Below are positions 62,688-64,000 of a stretch of DNA of 64,000 nt, in pieces. Within the stretch, counting starts at the first letter, position 1. Each line of letters starts with the position of its first letter. The notes below the pieces were generated by a model. It saw nothing but the letters and a program-made list of their open reading frames with translations. It was not told the DNA's origin and ran no database searches. The translations under genes and the position numbers were made by a program. The DNA is from the human T2T-CHM13v2.0 reference genome, Homo sapiens: NCBI RefSeq assembly GCF_009914755.1, contig NC_060926.1. The stretch is one strand, 5' to 3'.

Positions 62688-63118
62688 TAGTGAGCAGACT
62701 GAGGTGTCCAGGTCCCACCCTCCAATATTGAGGCACTCAGTTCCCCAGATGTTGGGTGTGTGGTGAGTGACAGGTGGGAATCCCTTCTGAGAGTCCTTGA
62801 GGGACAACAGTCACCTCATCCAGATCAAGTCTCTTTCCTGAGGCAGCCTATACATCCAGTGTGGGCTCTGTAAGAACCTGTCCTTTGCACCAAATGGGAA
62901 TGGGAGGCAATTCTGCAGGGCACCCCAGCAAAGGTTCCAGGCCTTCTTCTGATTACATTGCTGTCCTGCCGCCCTTTTGGCCAAGCCTTGCTCTCTGCAG
63001 CCCACACAGGTCTCGTTCCTGAGAGCATTTTCCAATCAGCTTCTTTCTTGCTAATCTCCATCTCAGAGCCTGCCTCAAAAAAAAAAAAAAAAAAAAAAAA
63101 AACAACTCATCTGCAACA
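62688..63118 (+). mobile_element. LTR33-family (ERVL) solo LTR with (A)26 inside its 3' end (63077-63102)
   Basis: 3' text CCCACACAGGTCTCGTTCCTGAGAGCAT..TTGCTAATCTCCATCTCAGAGCCTGC..CTGCAACA matches the LTR33 terminus. 5' text TTCCCCAGATGTTGGGTGTG. Confidence 0.75.
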
Positions 63119-64000
63119 GAATTCAAAGCTTCAGGGTACATTTGCTGTCCCTACTCCAGAGTTGCTGGCATCCTAGAACACACAGTTGGATGGGCTTTAA
63201 AAAAGTGTTAGTTTCCTGACTATGGAATTTTTTTTAAAATGCAGAAATACTGTGGACAATTAGATGTCAAGAAGCCAGAGCTCTCAGTTCAATAAAATTC
63301 TCTCTCCTCCTCCCTCCTCAATAGCAACACAAAAATATGAAGTTAATAAAAGGAATAGAAGATAATGTCTCATTATGGAAAGTTTCTTTTCAGTGAGTAT
63401 GAAGGCAATTATCAAAGTTAGCTGCATCAACAATCAACCATGGACTGCAGCCACCTTATTAGTGAAAGGGAGGGGATCATTTTTAATTTGCCCGGGATCT
63501 CTTATACATTGATTCCATGTGATTTACTGTGGGTTTTATTCAGCAAGAATTGTAAGCCGTTTCCATGCTGTAGAGACCCAATATTTTTATTGTGTGGTAT
63601 TGTCCTTGACTTTGCCCCACTCCATCTTGGTGCTAAAACATGTTCTCAACAGAATTGGCCAATGTTGCTTCATTTTATCTTGACACTGTTACCCTGTCTC
63701 CATAGACTCACATTGACTGTGTCATCAGGTCGGGAAAAGATGTGAATTTGTCACATTAAATAACAGAAGAATTAGCATCACACATTAAACATTATGAAAA
63801 GCTTCTGCATATGTTCTGAAAACCTAGGCATTTGGAAGAGGTGGAAAGCAGGAGTCAAGTGCTGAGAATTCCAGGGATTGTGGCACTAGTTTGCACAGAA
63901 TTATTATTTAAACCAGCCAGTGACTTAGTTTAATCATTTTAGAACAGAGATATAAGAACCAAGCAATTATTCAGAGAATTCCCTTCTGGTAGAAAGAGTC

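Overview
AT-rich, CpG-depleted primate (most likely human) genomic DNA, judged from its Alu-S-type SINEs, THE1D, Tigger, MER and MIR/L2 content. I find no credible protein-coding gene, tRNA, rRNA or CRISPR array. The ORF track is explained by L1 ORF1 remnants, Alu or simple-repeat frames, and chance. The first ~10 kb is a nested transposon pile: an L1 5' end on the minus strand, and an ancient plus-strand L1 broken by a complete THE1D, three Tigger elements and a MIR/MLT1A. The rest is intronic or intergenic-like, with scattered MIR/L2/MER/LTR/Alu copies separated by multi-kb blocks lacking recognisable repeats. These blocks carry TF-motif clusters and some strong splice signals. The best leads are a CpG-enriched candidate promoter/first exon (~32.6-33.3 kb), a THE1D 5' LTR that keeps a DUX4 site and TATA box, a reconstructable template-switch inverted duplication (47.06 kb), and several candidate non-coding or micro exons. 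Repeat subfamily names come from remembered consensus sequences, and boundaries of old repeats are approximate. I see no evidence of a novel multi-gene system.
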